From Cenococcum geophilum (taxonomy: Eukaryota), in NCBI GenBank assembly GCA_050273025.1, contig CP158635.1, positions 33,604,001 through 33,663,091 of the forward strand: DNA of 59,091 nt. The letters run 5' to 3'. Below, one piece after another: positions 15,101-29,829 of the stretch. Under the pieces are notes generated by a model. The model was not told the origin of the DNA, made no database searches, and saw only the letters and a program-made list of their open reading frames with translations. Every line of letters begins with the position of its first letter. The stretch's first letter is position 1. Position numbers and translations under genes: made by a program.

Positions 15101-16710
15101 ATATATATGCTATATCTACTTCCCCTAAACACTATTAAAGGGCAAGTATTTAGAGGTAGTATAGGTGGGAATAAATAAACTAATCAAAAGTCTTATTATT
15201 TAGTGAAGAATTTAGCATAACGCTTAATTAATTGAGCGTATAATAAGAAGGTTAATATATAATCCACTTATAGGTATATAAACTTCTTAGTTAGGGCGTA
15301 TAAGAGCCACTAAACATCTAATATAATAATAGGGATAGAGATAACTATAATCTTAGTAATAATAGTAACGTTATTTATATATTTTAAAGAGAATAAATTA
15401 GAGTAAGATCTAGGTGGCGTTAAGAAGGATAGTATAGCCTTAGTAGGGTGCTTATAAGGACTGAGGCCGCACTATATAAATAGTTTATATCACTACTGCC
15501 TGATAAGGCGCTACCTTAGTAGCATTATACGATACTGGACTATATAGCATTAGGGGTAAAAAAGTACTACTTATTTTAAAAAAATATAGGCTAGCTACTA
15601 AGGCGTTAGCTAAGTTAAGGGATTGCTACCTTAATAAAGGTCTAAAATAGTATTATAGACGGTAAAGGTAAATAGTAATATAGAGAGTAGATAGTAAATT
15701 AAGGCAGTTTTTTAAAAGCCTTTTTAAAAGTCCCCTTAGCTAGCGGCCTAACCGTAGTATAATATTAATCTATTACTTTGCCCTAGTAATATAAGTAGTT
15801 TAGATAGGTTTTAGAATAAGGCTAAAACTAGTCTAAAATCTAAATTTAACCTTTAATATAGCTGCTTTGCTTAAGGGTATAAAATATTACTATACTTACG
15901 TATTTAAGTTAGGTAATTCTTTTCCTTAATAACGTTTTGAATTCGTTTTACTTAGCTATATACTAAGTTAGCTAATTTATAGAAGAGGGAATACTAGCCT
16001 TATAACTTTCCCTCCTTATTATAACGGATGTAATATATCTTATATAGTAGCTCTTAGATAGTTAGGGGGTTAAGTATATCTTTTTTTATATCTATAGTAA
16101 TATAGAATAAGATCTGGTTTATATCTAAGGCTTAAAACAGCTTAATATAGGCGTGGTGTTTCTAGAATTTTAAATCATTAGTTAAACGTCCTGTAAAGGC
16201 AAGATATGCCTTAATAGCATTAATATACTCGGAATAGTCCCAATTAGTAAATTCGTTTACTTGAAGTTTAAAAATTATACGTTTTAGCTAGTGTTTAGTA
16301 CTAGGGGGTTTAGCACTAGGGGTATTTAACATTATACGGTCTAAGGATTTTAGGGGTTAAAGTATAGGGAAATTGCTTGGCTATTATAAGCTTTAGTTAT
16401 ATACGCTACTATAGCTTAGCTAAGCAGCAACTAATAGGAGATTTAGGTAGTAGTAATGCTTAAAAGGAATCCGTTCTACTATTTTTTACTATAGTATAAC
16501 TTATAGAAAATACGGATGCTTTTATAAACCTTAACTAAGTACTTACTAGGTAGTAATACATAAGGCAATATTTAGAAAGCCTTTTAAGAAATAGTCCTAG
16601 TATACGACGTTATCTAATAAAGGCGTATATAAAGTGAAGTTCCTAAAAGTCTATAAGGCGCGTAGGTCTAAGCGTTATATATTACGCGAATAGGCTAGCG
16701 TATAACCCTA
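6075..16710. repeat. Mosaic of direct segmental repeats built from the 3' flank of TLH copy 1
   Basis: Unit A ~6230-7100, 10505-11350, 12575-13275, 15690-16455; unit B ~7261-8050, 11352-12110, partial 14135-14265 and 15255-15585; unit C ~10302-10460, 12270-12380, 16535-16710; TLH1 3' end repeated at ~12385-12460. Confidence 0.85.
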
Positions 16711-17242
16711 GGATTTTCGCTAAACTACTTTATAAGCGTATAGCGTAATATTTATATATAAACATCGCAATCCTATACCCAATTTATACGGTATATTTAT
16801 AGAAATTTATAACTTAAATAAATAAAAAAGCTAAAGGCTTGGCGATTATATAAGCTCGCTAGTCTAAATTAGAATCTTAAGAGGTTTATAAACCTAAACT
16901 TCTAAATCTTCAACTACTTTTAACTTAAATTCGCATTCTTTAAGTTAACTAATTTAGCTATTCCCAACCTAGCATTTTAGATTTTAGATTTTGGATTTTA
17001 GATTCTATTGTTTAAGTAACCGTTTATACTGCTAATACTATACTTTTAGCCTAACACGTGTTTAGGCGGCTTTGTGCCGCATCTACTCTAGCTACTTTAG
17101 TCTTTTTTAGAAGCCTTTCCAGATTTCCTCTTATAAGTCTTACTAGACCCTTGCCTTTTTTATTATTATTAAGGCTGCGTATAATACTAACTATAGATAG
17201 ATTAAGCCATAAAGTTGGTTAAATTACACTTAGTTAATTAAG

Positions 17243-20200
17243 ATGGATAATAACCTAGTAGACGGTATTAACTCGCTCCGTGATCCCGATATAGCTATAC
17301 CTACTACTAAGAATAAATACGCAAGCCTAGTGGCTTTCTTAATAGCGTTAAGTATATTACTGCTAAAGGAACATTTATGGAAGCCTTTTATAAATAGTCC
17401 TCTACCTAAAACCGCAATATTATTACTATTACTAGCACGCTCTCTTTTCGCGCCACTGTTAAACTTATAGCGGGATTTTAATAAAGCACTTAGCGGCATT
17501 AACAATTTAATAATAAATGCTGCTAGAGCAATCACTATAGGCGGTGACGCGGCGGCTGTTAACCCTGCTAATTTAGATATAGATAGCGTAGACTCCTTTT
17601 GGGATTTTAACCTAGAGGATATTAAAACTATAGTAGAAGCACTAGATACTAAAGAGGGTAAGGACGCTAATATCGCCAGAAGCTTACCTAAACTGGCTAA
17701 CTTTTATAATCTCTTTGCCTAAGAACTAAGCTATATTATAAAGAATAAACCATTTATATTTATATTTAAGGCTATTAATAAAGCCGTCTTCTAGCTAGCT
17801 TATAAGGTGTCTATATACACGCAGAAACCTTAGCCCTATATATTTGACCTAAAAACGGTCGTCTATATACTGTTTATAGGAGAGTATTATAGCAACTAGA
17901 AGTTCTCTAATCCCTAATTAGGAGAATAGGACGGATAGAGCTCTATTAACTACTACGCCAATTTTCTATATAAAATAAGACAAACCTTCTACTTTAGGAA
18001 AGGAGGATTTCTCTTTAGTAAAGGCCTAACTAAGGATATAGCTAACTAGCGTATTTAGTTAATTCTTAAGCGCGTTAATGTATATAATACTTCTTTTAGG
18101 GTTATAAAACGTAAGCATAAAGCAAATAAGCGTAAGCTTAAGGGTTTAGAAAACGATACCCTAGGTAAGAGGCGACTGCGCGCTAAAAAAAAGACTTTTA
18201 GGAAGCCTTCTAACAAAAACCTAAGCAGTACCTTTAGTAATGCCTTACCGGCAGATAGCAATAATGACTATAATAAAGAAGAACTGGATATAGTAAACCC
18301 GCAATTAATAATTAAGAATATAGCCATTAGTCTGGCAATATTTAATATAGGTAATAACAACAATAACTACGTCCGCGGGTTAATAAAGCTTAAGCTGCCC
18401 CCTAAGTTTCGCTAAGTGGTAAACTATAAATACTAATACTAGTAATATACCTATATGCGCTAGCTTATAAAGACGTATTATAAAGCAATAGCTATTACCA
18501 AGCGGATATAGTTAGGACTTAATAACGCCACGGCCGCGAGGATGGATAGGTTAGGTATAGTAGACGGCTAGGTATAGATTATAGAGGACGACACTACTAA
18601 GGAAGATAACGATAATGAAGACCTTAATAGGGCCGACGATATAGTTTGCATAGGCTAGCCTATAGTAAAGGATTTCGAAAACCTAGCTAAGCTAAGTAAG
18701 CTAATAAATAACGCTAAATACTAATGGGATAATATTAAAGAGTCTATACGAAACCTTTGGATTAAAGATTGACGTAAACCTTATCTCCTTTGCCAGTTAT
18801 TATTAACGCCGCTCTGCTAGTGGCAGCTTATTAGGATAAATGCTATTATAAACGCACGCGAGTATAGGAAGATATAGGGAATAATACTAGCGGACATTGT
18901 CGGTCTAGGTAAGACTTTTTAGCTTGTTGGCTATATGTTATATATAAGTCGCTACTACCACCTATACTAAAGGAGACTTTTTAAAAGGCTTTCTAAAATT
19001 GTTCTTATTTGCTAACTAGCTCTTAGATAATTAATAAATAGAAAAAGGCGTTCTACCACGCTACTAAAAAACGTAATACTGCTGCGCTTAAAGTAATTGG
19101 TCTAGTAAAGCCATTTCTAGTAGTTGTCCCGCTTATACTTATTAAATAGTAGATTAAAGAGCTGTAGCAATTTTCACCTATCTTTAATATTTAGGTATAC
19201 TACAACAAATTATTAACTTAAAAATCTGCTGCTGCTAATATCTAGTATTAAAACGAAATCCTTATATAGAAGCACGAACTGTTTAACGGCGATCGCGCTA
19301 ATATACGCGTTGTCGTTATTAGTATGTACGGCACTATTATATTACGTTACGGCCTAAGCGCACTTAAGAAGTGGCGTAAGAAAACCTATAGGGCGACGTT
19401 TAAGGCGAGGGGGTTGGTGTATTAGCCCGTTAACTAGTTTAAAACACTAAATAGGAAATAGCCTAGAGATCTCTTAGGTTGATAGTATAGCATTCTACTT
19501 AATAAAGCTTATTATATAAGGAATAACAATTCCCTAGCGTATATTACTATTAAGTTTATAGATTATCCTTTTACTATGCTTTATAGCGCTACCCCGCTAT
19601 TTACGGGTATTAGGGATAACTTTGGTCTAGTGGCGCTAATTAAGCCTTAACTAAAGCTTAACTTCCTAATTAGAACTCCTAATAGCGCCGTCTTTAAGAA
19701 GAATAACAACCCCTTTAAAGTGGCGGACAATTACTTGGCGGCTATACTGCGACTAACCTTAGCATTATTTGCTATATTCGTCCTTAGCTTAGAGGATAGC
19801 ATTAAGTAGGGCTGTAGGCTTAAGTAGATTTAGTTATAATATCTTATATATTAGCGGTATATATCGTCCTATTTTATTAGTTCCACCTAAAATATAATTA
19901 GCTAGGCGCTCCCTCGCTATAAGAGTATCGTTCTTAACCTTAATAATTTGCTAATAGCTTAAGCTGTCTATAATATATTCGCGAAAGCCTTTCTTAAAAA
20001 GCTTATAGTGACGGACACTACTTATATAGGGGATAGTCGTGTTATTATAAACGCTAATAGCTACTACGCGCTTATGCTAATATCTACTTAGCCTATACTA
20101 GCGCTCTCTTACTTAGCTATAAATCCACCTAAAAAAAGCAAGAAGGGCTAGTTAAAGAACCCTTATATAATTTATACTATTCTTAAATAAATAGCGAAGT

Positions 20201-21432
20201 CCCTAGAGCTTCCCGCAGCTATATAGCCGTATAATATCCCACTAGCGTCTAATATTCTACCGCTTATTAGGGCTGTCCTATAACACTTATCTTAGTTAAG
20301 CGCCCTAGTCGCTAATATAGCCGACTAGGTTATTAAATATAAGGAAAAGGTAATTGTCTGGTTGCTATACCCGCTAAAGCAGCTAATTATCCGCGAGATA
20401 TTTATATCTTTTAGTATTAATACCCACGTACTGGCCTCTAACCTCACTTAGGGCCAGAAATCCAATCTTATTAAAAATTTTAACTCGCTAGATATCTGCT
20501 AGGTCCTAATCGCCAGCTATATAGTAAATAGTGCCGGTTTAAACTTATAGTAAAGCTACTATAATATCTATTTGTTTAACCTGGCGCCTAATATAAACGT
20601 ATAGGAGTAAGTAATTAGGCGTATATATTAATTGGGACAGCCCTATAAGGTTATAGTTATTAAATACTACGTGCAGCGGACGTTTAATAAAAAGGTAGTA
20701 AATACCTAGATCTTTCGCGCCCTTCCTAGTCTAATGGCTATAATTAATAAAAATTAAGTTTTTAAAACCTATATATATGATTATATAACGCCTAGGCTAG
20801 AGAACGTCCTTAATTTAATATCCCTAAAAGGTTTCTACCTGGACGATAAAGGGAAACTATAGTATTTATTAAATTCTAATATTCTATAAGAGCTGTTAGA
20901 TAAACCTCTATTTAAACCTAAGGAAGTTCTAATTTAGTTCTTTATAACTTAATATAGCCGCCGGGCTGTCTAATATAGAGGTTTTAGTAAAGCCTTTTAG
21001 GAAAACCTCTATTTAACCGTAGAATCCGATTTAAAAGTCTAATCGGAAATAGAAGATAATAAGGATGAATGTCCTAAGCATAAGCTAAAAGCATTAAGAC
21101 GTAAGCGTAAAGCTACGCCTAGTAAGGTTAAAGATAACGAAGATATAGGTTCTAATATTAGTGTAGCGCCCGTAATAGCTACACAGAAGACGCGCTTACG
21201 CGTGGTAGGTAAAAAACCTATTAAGGCTACTAGCCCTAAGGTGCGAGCTAAAAAGGCGCCTATTATTAAAACTAAAGCTAGTAAACTAAAAATATTATAG
21301 GCCAAGTAGTAAAACACCGGGCCTGCTGCTTCTGCTATTACTATAATATCCTCTAGCAAAAACTTATAGAAGCGCGCTAAGGTCAACCTAAATATTAGTA
21401 GAATGACCGCCCCTAATAATAAGTACGCATAG
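17243..21432 (+). pseudogene. RIP-inactivated SNF2-family (SF2) helicase/ATPase with one phase-0 intron (18944-19026)
   Basis: GIILADIVGLGKT at 18878 (in frame with ATG 17243); PFLVVVP..LIEQW 19111; LLDEAH ~19495; SATP ~19585; KEKVIVW 20341; SAGLNLQ..EQAIGRIHRLGQ ~20529-20640. Intron has (g>a)taagt donor, gctaac branch point, tag acceptor, and restores the frame. Confidence 0.88.
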
Positions 21433-22789
21433 TCCTACTTACCCGATACTATAATTACTAGTTAGACTTTTATTAGAAGGCTTTTTAGATAAGTCTATAT
21501 TAGTATTTTTATAAGTCTTTATAATTTCTTATATTCTTTATTACTAGAATTCCTGCCTAGATTAGGTTTTTACTAAGCATCTTTCTTTAATAGGGTTGGT
21601 ATTACTATCTTCCTACTTAGACGCTGATTTCCCGTTAGCCCACTTTTAGCTTCGCTCTTATACTAACCGCTAGTATTAGCGCGTTAGATTTTTAGTCTTA
21701 TTGCCTCCTTATAGATAACCGTGATAGCCTCTAGTTAGCTTTTTAGAAAGGCTTTTTATATTTCTTCCTTACTTTAATTAGATCTCTTAGGCGTTATTCT
21801 AATAGCTATCCTTTTATATTCCTTTTTAACGGTACACTATTTAAATATTTCCTTTTTTACTTCCCTATCTTATATTCTTGCTTTTCTACTTTTTTACTTT
21901 AGTATTTAGTACTAATACCTCTAGGACCTTAAAATTGCTTAGTTAACTAATAGACCTATTTACTCCTAGTGGCGTTAGCTAAAATCCTTTTATAAAAGGC
22001 TTTTAATAAAGTATTAACTAATCCGTGCTTTAGCACTTATTTACTAGCGTATATCCCTACTTAGACTTTAGTTATTACCACCACTAGCCCCCTTATATAG
22101 AAGAGGTAGTTAGCAATATAAAGACTTTTACCTTAATTAATAACTATATAAGTGATACCTATTTTGTCTTATACACTTAATATACTATAAGAAATATTTG
22201 TCCGTTATTAGTAGCTTACGTTAACTAGCTATTATATTTACGTACTTCTATACTATATTAGTATCTATAGTATATATCTATTGCTTTATAACTAACGCTT
22301 ATAGGCATATTCTAGAAGGCTTTCTAAAAAGCTCTTTAGTATTATCGCGGTAATGCTATCTAAGTAGATATTAATTATTTAGCCGTACTACTAGGTATAG
22401 AGAGATATATAAGTATATACTATACTAATCTGGCCTATTACCTAGAGTAAAGCCTATAAATATTATAGTATCTAGGACCACGACTATTTGTTACTATTAT
22501 ACTTAACCATTACTATTAGCGACTTAGTTAATTAAGGTATAAGCATAGTAAGAGGGACGCGTAAGCCTATATAATTAGTAGTTTATAAACGAGGATCTAA
22601 AGCTAAAGAAAGGAAAGGAGAAGAAGAGTAGCGCTAGTTAAAGTAGGGTTCTTTTATACGGTCCTTTAGTTATATAACCGTAAAGTTCTGCTAAGTTTTA
22701 CTAAGTTCTACTAGTTAAGTTCTACTAAGTTCTGCTAGTGCCGTAACATTACCCCCCCCTCTATAAAAGCCTGCCCTTAGGCTTTATAG

Positions 22790-25700
22790 TCCGTATTATG
22801 CTTATAGGGCGTTCTTATCTTTATATTCTTCTGGTAGCTTATTATCTTCGCTATACTAGTACTTTATCTACTTATCTAGGTACTTTAGGGGTCCTAGTTT
22901 ATTAGGGTAGTAGTTATAGAATTTTTAAAGCTTATAGGGACTACTAATAAAGTTCTATATAGGGTACTAGGTAGGATCTAGGTTATAGCCTTTCTAACTA
23001 ATATAGTACTTTAGCGTTTTCCTTACTAGTTTACAGGCTAGTACTTCTTTAATTTCCTATTCGTTATCGCTATTAACTTAAATCAGTAGGGGAGGTTTGT
23101 TCTTTTATCTAAGTAATAGGTTGTTTATAGCTTTCTATAATTTATCTAGTAAAAAAACAGGGTAAACCTTAATTAAATCCGGGAGCTTTACTTTATATAA
23201 GTTACCTATCTTCTTAAGGACCTTATACGGTCCTACTATTTAATAGTCTAGCTTATAGCTAGGCCGTTCCATCTTTTAGTTCTTTATCGCAACCTAGACT
23301 ATATTACCTACGGTAAAGTTAGGTTCGCGCCTATACTTATTTACCTACTATTCTATTAATTTTTAAGCCTTTTCTAAATTTATATGGGCTACCGTCTAGG
23401 CTTCCTTATAAGACAGTTTCTTGTGTATAGTCTATAGTCCTTCTAGTCTATCCTAGTTAAAGCTTATTTAGGGTAAATACCCTATTTCTAGTTAAATAGG
23501 TGCAAATCCCGTAGAGTTATAGGGTAGGGTTGCCTAGGCGTAGTTTATTAGGGGTAGTAGTTTACCCTAGTTATTCTAGAAGTAGTTAATAAAAGGCTAA
23601 AGTCTCTAATTTAAATATTAATTTATAATCTTTGTCTAGCTATTTATTTAGGGGTAGTATACTATAAAGAGCTTTAGCCTAATACTTAGGATTTAGGTAA
23701 ACTTATTCTAAAAGGCTAATATAAATTATAGGCCGTAATTAGATATAATAGTATTTAATAGTCTATAAATATAGTAGACATAGTAAATATATAGTTAGGC
23801 CGCCTCCTTAACATTAATATTCTTATAATAGGGAATTAAGAATAGGCGCTTACTAAAGCGGTTAACTAGAATTATAACTATATTATATTTATTATAGTCT
23901 ATTAATAGCTTATAAAAGTTTATAGAGATATACTACTAGGGGCGGTTAGGTATTAGAAGAGGTTTTAATAGTTTTAGGGTCTTATCTTATAGAATTATAG
24001 ATCTATAGTAGCTGTTATAGTTCCGTATATAATAGTTAATATTTATAACTATTTTAGGCTAGTAGTAGCGGTTACTAATAATCTTATAGGTTTTATTTTT
24101 TTTAGGGTAGGCTATAGAGACCTAGGTATAAGCTTTAGTAATAAGCTAGGTTTATAAGTTCTATTCCTTAGCTACTACTAGCTGTTTTTAGTGCTTAAGT
24201 AGTCTATTTTTAAGGAACTATAGGCTGGTAATATTCTTTACCTTTTTATAGTATTCCTATAGAGAAGGGGTTATTTAGTTGGCCTATAGTAGTTTATTAA
24301 TAAGGTTAAGTTTAAAGGAGTTAATAAAATATATCTTAGCGCCTAAGGAGTCTATACTTAGTTCTACCTATATTTAGGGGTTAAGGTATTTTAGTTATAG
24401 TAGCGTTTAAATTTATAATAAGATCTTTATAGCCGTCTAGTTATCTAGGTTTTACTTATACCTTATAAAAGCGTCCGCATAGTTTATAGCGCCTAATCTA
24501 TATATAATTAAGAAGTTAAATTAAGATAGGGTATTTGCCTAGTATACTTACTAAGCTATAAGGGCCTTAGTTATTATAAAGTATTCTAAGGCCTTATAAT
24601 TTAAAACTACCTTAATTAGCTTAGGGGTCCCCTTTAGCTATATATACTAGTACTAAAAGCTAAAGATAATAGCTAGCATTTCTTTATTATAGATATAGTA
24701 ATTTAGCTTAGCATCTATTATAGTCTTTAAATAGTATATAATAGGGTGCTACTTTCCGTCTAGTTACTTCTAGGAAAAAATACTAGCTATTACGCCGTTT
24801 AAGGTATTAGTTTCTAGTATTAAGGGCTATTTTAGGTTAAAATAAATAAGTAGGGGAGCTAATACTAGCCGTTTCTTAAGCTTATTAAAGGCCTACCTAT
24901 ATATAGTATTAAAGTAAAAGGGCTAGTCTTTTCTAATAAAATAGTTAAGAGGCTAGGTAATCCTATTATAATCCTTAATAAAGTGTTAATAGAAGTTATA
25001 AAACCCTAAAAAGGATTATACCCCCTTTATAGTCTATAGGGGTGCCTACTAGTTAATTACGGCCGTTTTTTTTAGGTTAGTTTTAATTCTATTTATACTA
25101 ATAATAAAACCTAGATACTTTATACACTTAATACTAAACTTAAACTTTTTAATATTAACCTAGAGGCTAGCCTTATAGAGCTATTATAGGACTTTATAGA
25201 CGTACTTCTTATATTCTAGCTTATTCTTAGAGTAGATTATAATATTATTTAAATAGGCCGTATAGAAATTGTTAAGGTAGTTAAAGAGTATATTATTTAT
25301 ATACTACTAGTACATAGCTAGTCCGTTAGTTAATTTAAAAGGGAGTACTTTATATTTATATATTTTGTAATAGGTCTAAAATATAATAAGATCTTTAGAC
25401 CTAGGGTTTATCTTAATTTAATAAAAGGCCTAGCGAATATTAAGCTTTATAAAGACCTTAGCTCTACTTATTTAGGCTAAAGTCTTATTAAGTAGAGGTA
25501 GTAGATAGCGATCCTTATAGGTTATATTATTTAGCTTATAGTAATTAATATAAAAATAGAGTCCTTTATTTAGCTTTTTAATAAAGAGAATAGGTAAGAT
25601 AAAAGGGGCTTAGCTAGGCTTAATAAAGCCCTTATTTAGGTTATTATTAAGATACTACTTTATAGCCTATAATTTAGTAATAAACTATTTATAAAGGGGG

Positions 25701-27990
25701 CTAAAGCTAAAGATATTTTCTTTGCCCTGCTTAATCTTAATCTTATAGTTATATAGTTAGTAAGGTAAAAGTATATTAAACGCTACTTTAGAGAATATAT
25801 TCTTAAATTTCTAGTGTTAATAGGGCAGCTTTTATTCTACTAGTTCCTTATCTATAAGCTTACTTTCTTATCTACTAAGCTTATTTTCTTTTTCTTTAAT
25901 TATTTAATTAATTTTATATAAGCTTATTATAAAGGTAATAGTATTAAGCTAAACTAAGTTTTAGTAAAATCCTATAGCACTAATATAGTAGATATTAACT
26001 AGTAGAAGGTCCGCTAGTTTCCTTATAGCTATTTTCTAAACTATATTTTATAGTTTAGGGTTTATAATCTTTTTTAGCTCCTATTTTATCTTTTATAGAT
26101 TATCCCTTTAATCTATTAGTTTAGTATAATGTTTAATATCCCTTATTATTCTTTATAGCTATATAAGGCCTAAGCTCTCTATAAGGGGCTTTTTTAGGTT
26201 ATTATTAACTTCCTAGGTCTTTAATACGAGTGGTATAATATAGGTAGTTTAGGGGCGATATAGTATATAGATCCGTTATAAATTAAGCTATATATCTTTC
26301 TTAAAGGCCTAGTTTCTATATATAGTATCAGCCTAGTAAATAGTATTAATCTAGGGCTATATAAGGTTTTTTATTATAATACTAATTTCTTTTATAAAGG
26401 AAGGGGTTAGGGGTAGGGTTTTAGGCTAGATAAGCTATCTACTTTATATATTAAGCTATAAGCCTAAATAGGCTAGCTATTTTTATTTTAAGATTATATT
26501 ATAGCTACCTAAGTCTATAATAAGGAAGGGGGTATTATACTACCTTTATTTATTAACACGGAGGTAAATCTATAAGATAGTTATAATAGGTAGTCCTATC
26601 CGCCTATTATACCTATAAATAGGAATTAGTTTAGGCAGTTCTTTAATAGGTATATTTAGAAAGTTAGCTAGCTTTACGGTATACTAAATATCTATTAAGG
26701 TAAAGGTATTTACTCTAAAGTTAGCTAAAGTAGAGGTTAAAACTTAGTATTTATTACGGAATAAAGTATAAGGGATAGTATAGCTTTTTTTACTAATTAG
26801 CTAACTTAGATTAACATCTAATATATTAATCCCTTTTAACCCTAAAAAGGAGTCTTTCTCTAGGGTTCTTTTTTTTTTAACTTTATACTATTCTCCTAGA
26901 TTAATAGAACCTTATCCACTTTCGCGTTTATTAGGCAATTCTTTATATAGTAACCTTTTTATCTATAAGAGAAGTAAGCTCTTTAATTACTAAGGGCTTA
27001 TATATAGGGGTTACTATATATAGGCTAAGTATTTACTAGACCTATAGTAGGGCTAGCCGTATGGCTAGCTACTAAATTAGCGGTAGGCTATATAGGTAGT
27101 ACTATAGGGGTTACTAATTATACTAGGGTATTATGGGCTGTTCTTATATTACTTATAGTCTAATTTAAAGGGTTTCTGGCTTTATACTATTTAGTATATA
27201 CCTTAATTTAGTAAAGGCCTTAGTTAATAGCTAAGTACTAATTTATAAGTTCCTTTAGCGTCTATATAGTAGTAAAAACTAGTAATATAGCTCGCTGTAG
27301 GTTTAGGGTAAGCTTATTAAATAGGTTTAATATTAAATCTTTTTAGGGAATTTAAGCCTAGCTGGCTAGGTATAGAAAGCGGGTCTAAAAGGCTAAAAAG
27401 GTCTCTATTATTTTTATATTTAGGCTTTTATAATTAAGTTAGGTATTTTATACTTTAAAGGGGTCCTTATAAATAAAAGATAGGTAAATAATTATCTTTT
27501 TTTTAGAGAGGAAGGGCTTTACTAAGTCTTATATATACTACGGACATAGGTGCATTTATATATCCCTATTAGTACGGCTAAAGATATAGGCTATTTTAGC
27601 TTAAGTAGTAAAGAAGTAGTCTATATTAACTTTAAGCTTATTTTATAATTAAAGCTTCTAATTATTAAATATAGGGTTAGTTCTATTTATAAGTAATAGG
27701 GGGTTTATAATCTTTATAGACTATAATAATACTAATACTATATATTAGGCTAGAGCCTTAAGGACTATAGTAAGTCTTTAGGTATTTAATAATTCCTTAT
27801 TAAGTATAGGGGGTTTTCTAGCTTTAAGCAGCTCTTAAAGTTATTTAATTTTAGTATTAGCTACTATAAGCTCTATTTAGGAGTTTAAGTTAGTTACTAT
27901 TTTACTATTAGAGGTATTTAAGGGTTCTATAGCTGCTTTACCAGCTGCTATATTTCTTAGCATTATAGTATAGTTATTAGGGTAACCTCT
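22790..27990 (-). pseudogene. gag-pol relic: Zn knuckle, protease, RT, RNase H, integrase, chromodomain
   Basis: Minus strand, de-RIPed: CFSCGQKGHRTKNC ~26980-26937; LADSGA ~26720; TAYLDDII ~25260-25238; LETDAS ~24815; DKEMLAII ~24690; WQHISMDF ~23935; SDRGPQF ~23745; EWEIEEVL..SWKGY..TWYP ~23065-22960. Confidence 0.92.
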
Positions 27991-28539
27991 AGTAGGATTT
28001 TATAGAGGTTTTAGTCTATACGTATTCTATAAGTCTTATTATTTTTTTCTATTCTTCTAGTTCTAGTAATATTCTTTAAGTTTAATTTTATATTTTATTT
28101 TAGTTTATAGTCCGTAAATATATTTAAGTTCCTTCTTAGGGGTTATTTAGTTATAACTTTATATTTAATATAGAGGCTCTATATTTAACTAAAATGGAGC
28201 TTAAATATAAATATAAGGTTGTTATTTGGTAGATATAACAACTTTTAAATATAGAGCTCCTCTATATTAGTAAGCGCGTTAAATTTACAAGCTATACTAT
28301 ATATAGTAGTTAAAATAAGGTTCTTGGCACCGTTTTAATATATAGCCTTTAAGCTCCTATTTTATATTTTATTATAATCTAGAGCTCTTATATATACGAC
28401 TTCTTATAATATAGCAACTCCACCTACCCTAATTATAATATTGCTGTCGCATTTACAAGCCTTATATAATATTATTATCTTAACCTTTATAATCGTAATA
28501 AGCTTATTTTTAAAGGGTGTTTATACTTAGTATATTAAT

Positions 28540-29650
28540 ATATAGTAAGGAATAAGGTAGATAATATAGTTACTCTACGGCTATAAGTAACGACTTATAA
28601 ATTTAACTTGTATAAGGCTTAAGGTATTTAAAAAGCTTCTTAATTAGTTATAATTATATAGCGACTTAAAGGATATAAAGCTTCTATTAGCGGCTAAGAA
28701 GCTATTAATATTCCTAATAATATTTAGTAATAATTTGTTATATAGATTACTAAGTAAGGTAACTTAATACTTATTTATAACAATCTACTAGTAAGTATTT
28801 ACCTGCTAGCTAAACTTTTAGTATTAATTTACTGCCTTATAAAGCTATATATAAAGTCCTTTCTAGTCTCCTAAAATTATATAAAGAAGTTATTTAGCTT
28901 CTTAAGAACTTTACTTTAGAAGAAATTACTAATAACCCTAAATAATATCCTTTCTTTACTAATTATATTGAAGCTCTTAACGGTACTTATCTACTAGTTT
29001 TTATAACCGGCGGGTATATAAAGTAAGCTTTATAGCGTAAAAGGAAGGGAGGATTATTGCAGAATATTCTTATAGTTATTAATTTCTAAATAAACTTCCT
29101 TTACGTTCTAGCTAGTTAGAAGGGCTCTACTTATAACTCTAAAGTCCTTAATTTAGTAAAAGCTAAAGGATTTAAAGCCTTACCTAGTAGATACTATATT
29201 ATAAATACTAGGTACTCTAATACGCCTATAACCCTAACTCCCTACTATAGTATATAATATTATCTTTATAAATAAGTATAGGTAAATATAAGACTACAGA
29301 ATATAAAGGAGCTCTTTAATCTTTAGTATATAGTACTAAGGAATATAGTAGAGCGTACTATAGGACTTTTTAAAAATCATTTCTAGTACTTTAAGGCCAG
29401 TAGGCGTCGTCTCCCTTTAAGTATATAGGTGGATATTATATACGCCTTAACTGCGGTTTATAACTTTATTAATATAAATAATCCGGATAACCTACTAGAT
29501 AATAATCTAAAGGTAGAGGATAAGGTTATAGATAAGGATAATATAAGGCTTATAGAGGTAAAAAGCGATATAGTTATAAACTAAAGACGTAATAAGATTG
29601 TAAAGCTTATATAGAAGAGTTACTGCTAGGTAATTAGCTAGCCAATTACT
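28540..29650 (+). pseudogene. Harbinger DDE transposase relic
   Basis: De-RIPed DCIGALDGTH ~28961-28990; WRxRKG..QN ~29033; LAGWEGSAHDSKVL ~29108-29149; YYxxDAGY ~29193; ELFNLRH..LRNVVERTIGLFKNRF ~29309-29383. Ends approximate. Confidence 0.9.
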
Positions 29651-29829
29651 TAAAAATATACGGTAGATTTAGGTGTATTTATAATAGAAATCTATATAGT
29701 TTCCCTTTATAGATTACTTACTAATTACCTATATATAAAGGCTCTAAAGAGTAACTTAGATCTTACCTAAAATATTACCTATATTTAAGCTTAGATCTTA
29801 CCTAAAGCTTACTTTTCTACGCGTTCTCC

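Noticed and set aside
8430..15220. Coding-like unique segments at 8430-9900 and 14280-15220 (also 34150-35100, 41590-42000, 47620-47900)
   Set aside because: No recognisable motif; cannot support a product call without a search.
17230..21386. Minus-strand ORFs 17230-17535, 18055-18261, 21039-21386
   Set aside because: Antisense shadows of the SNF2 relic; the + ORF 17243-17470 is only its first stop-free stretch.
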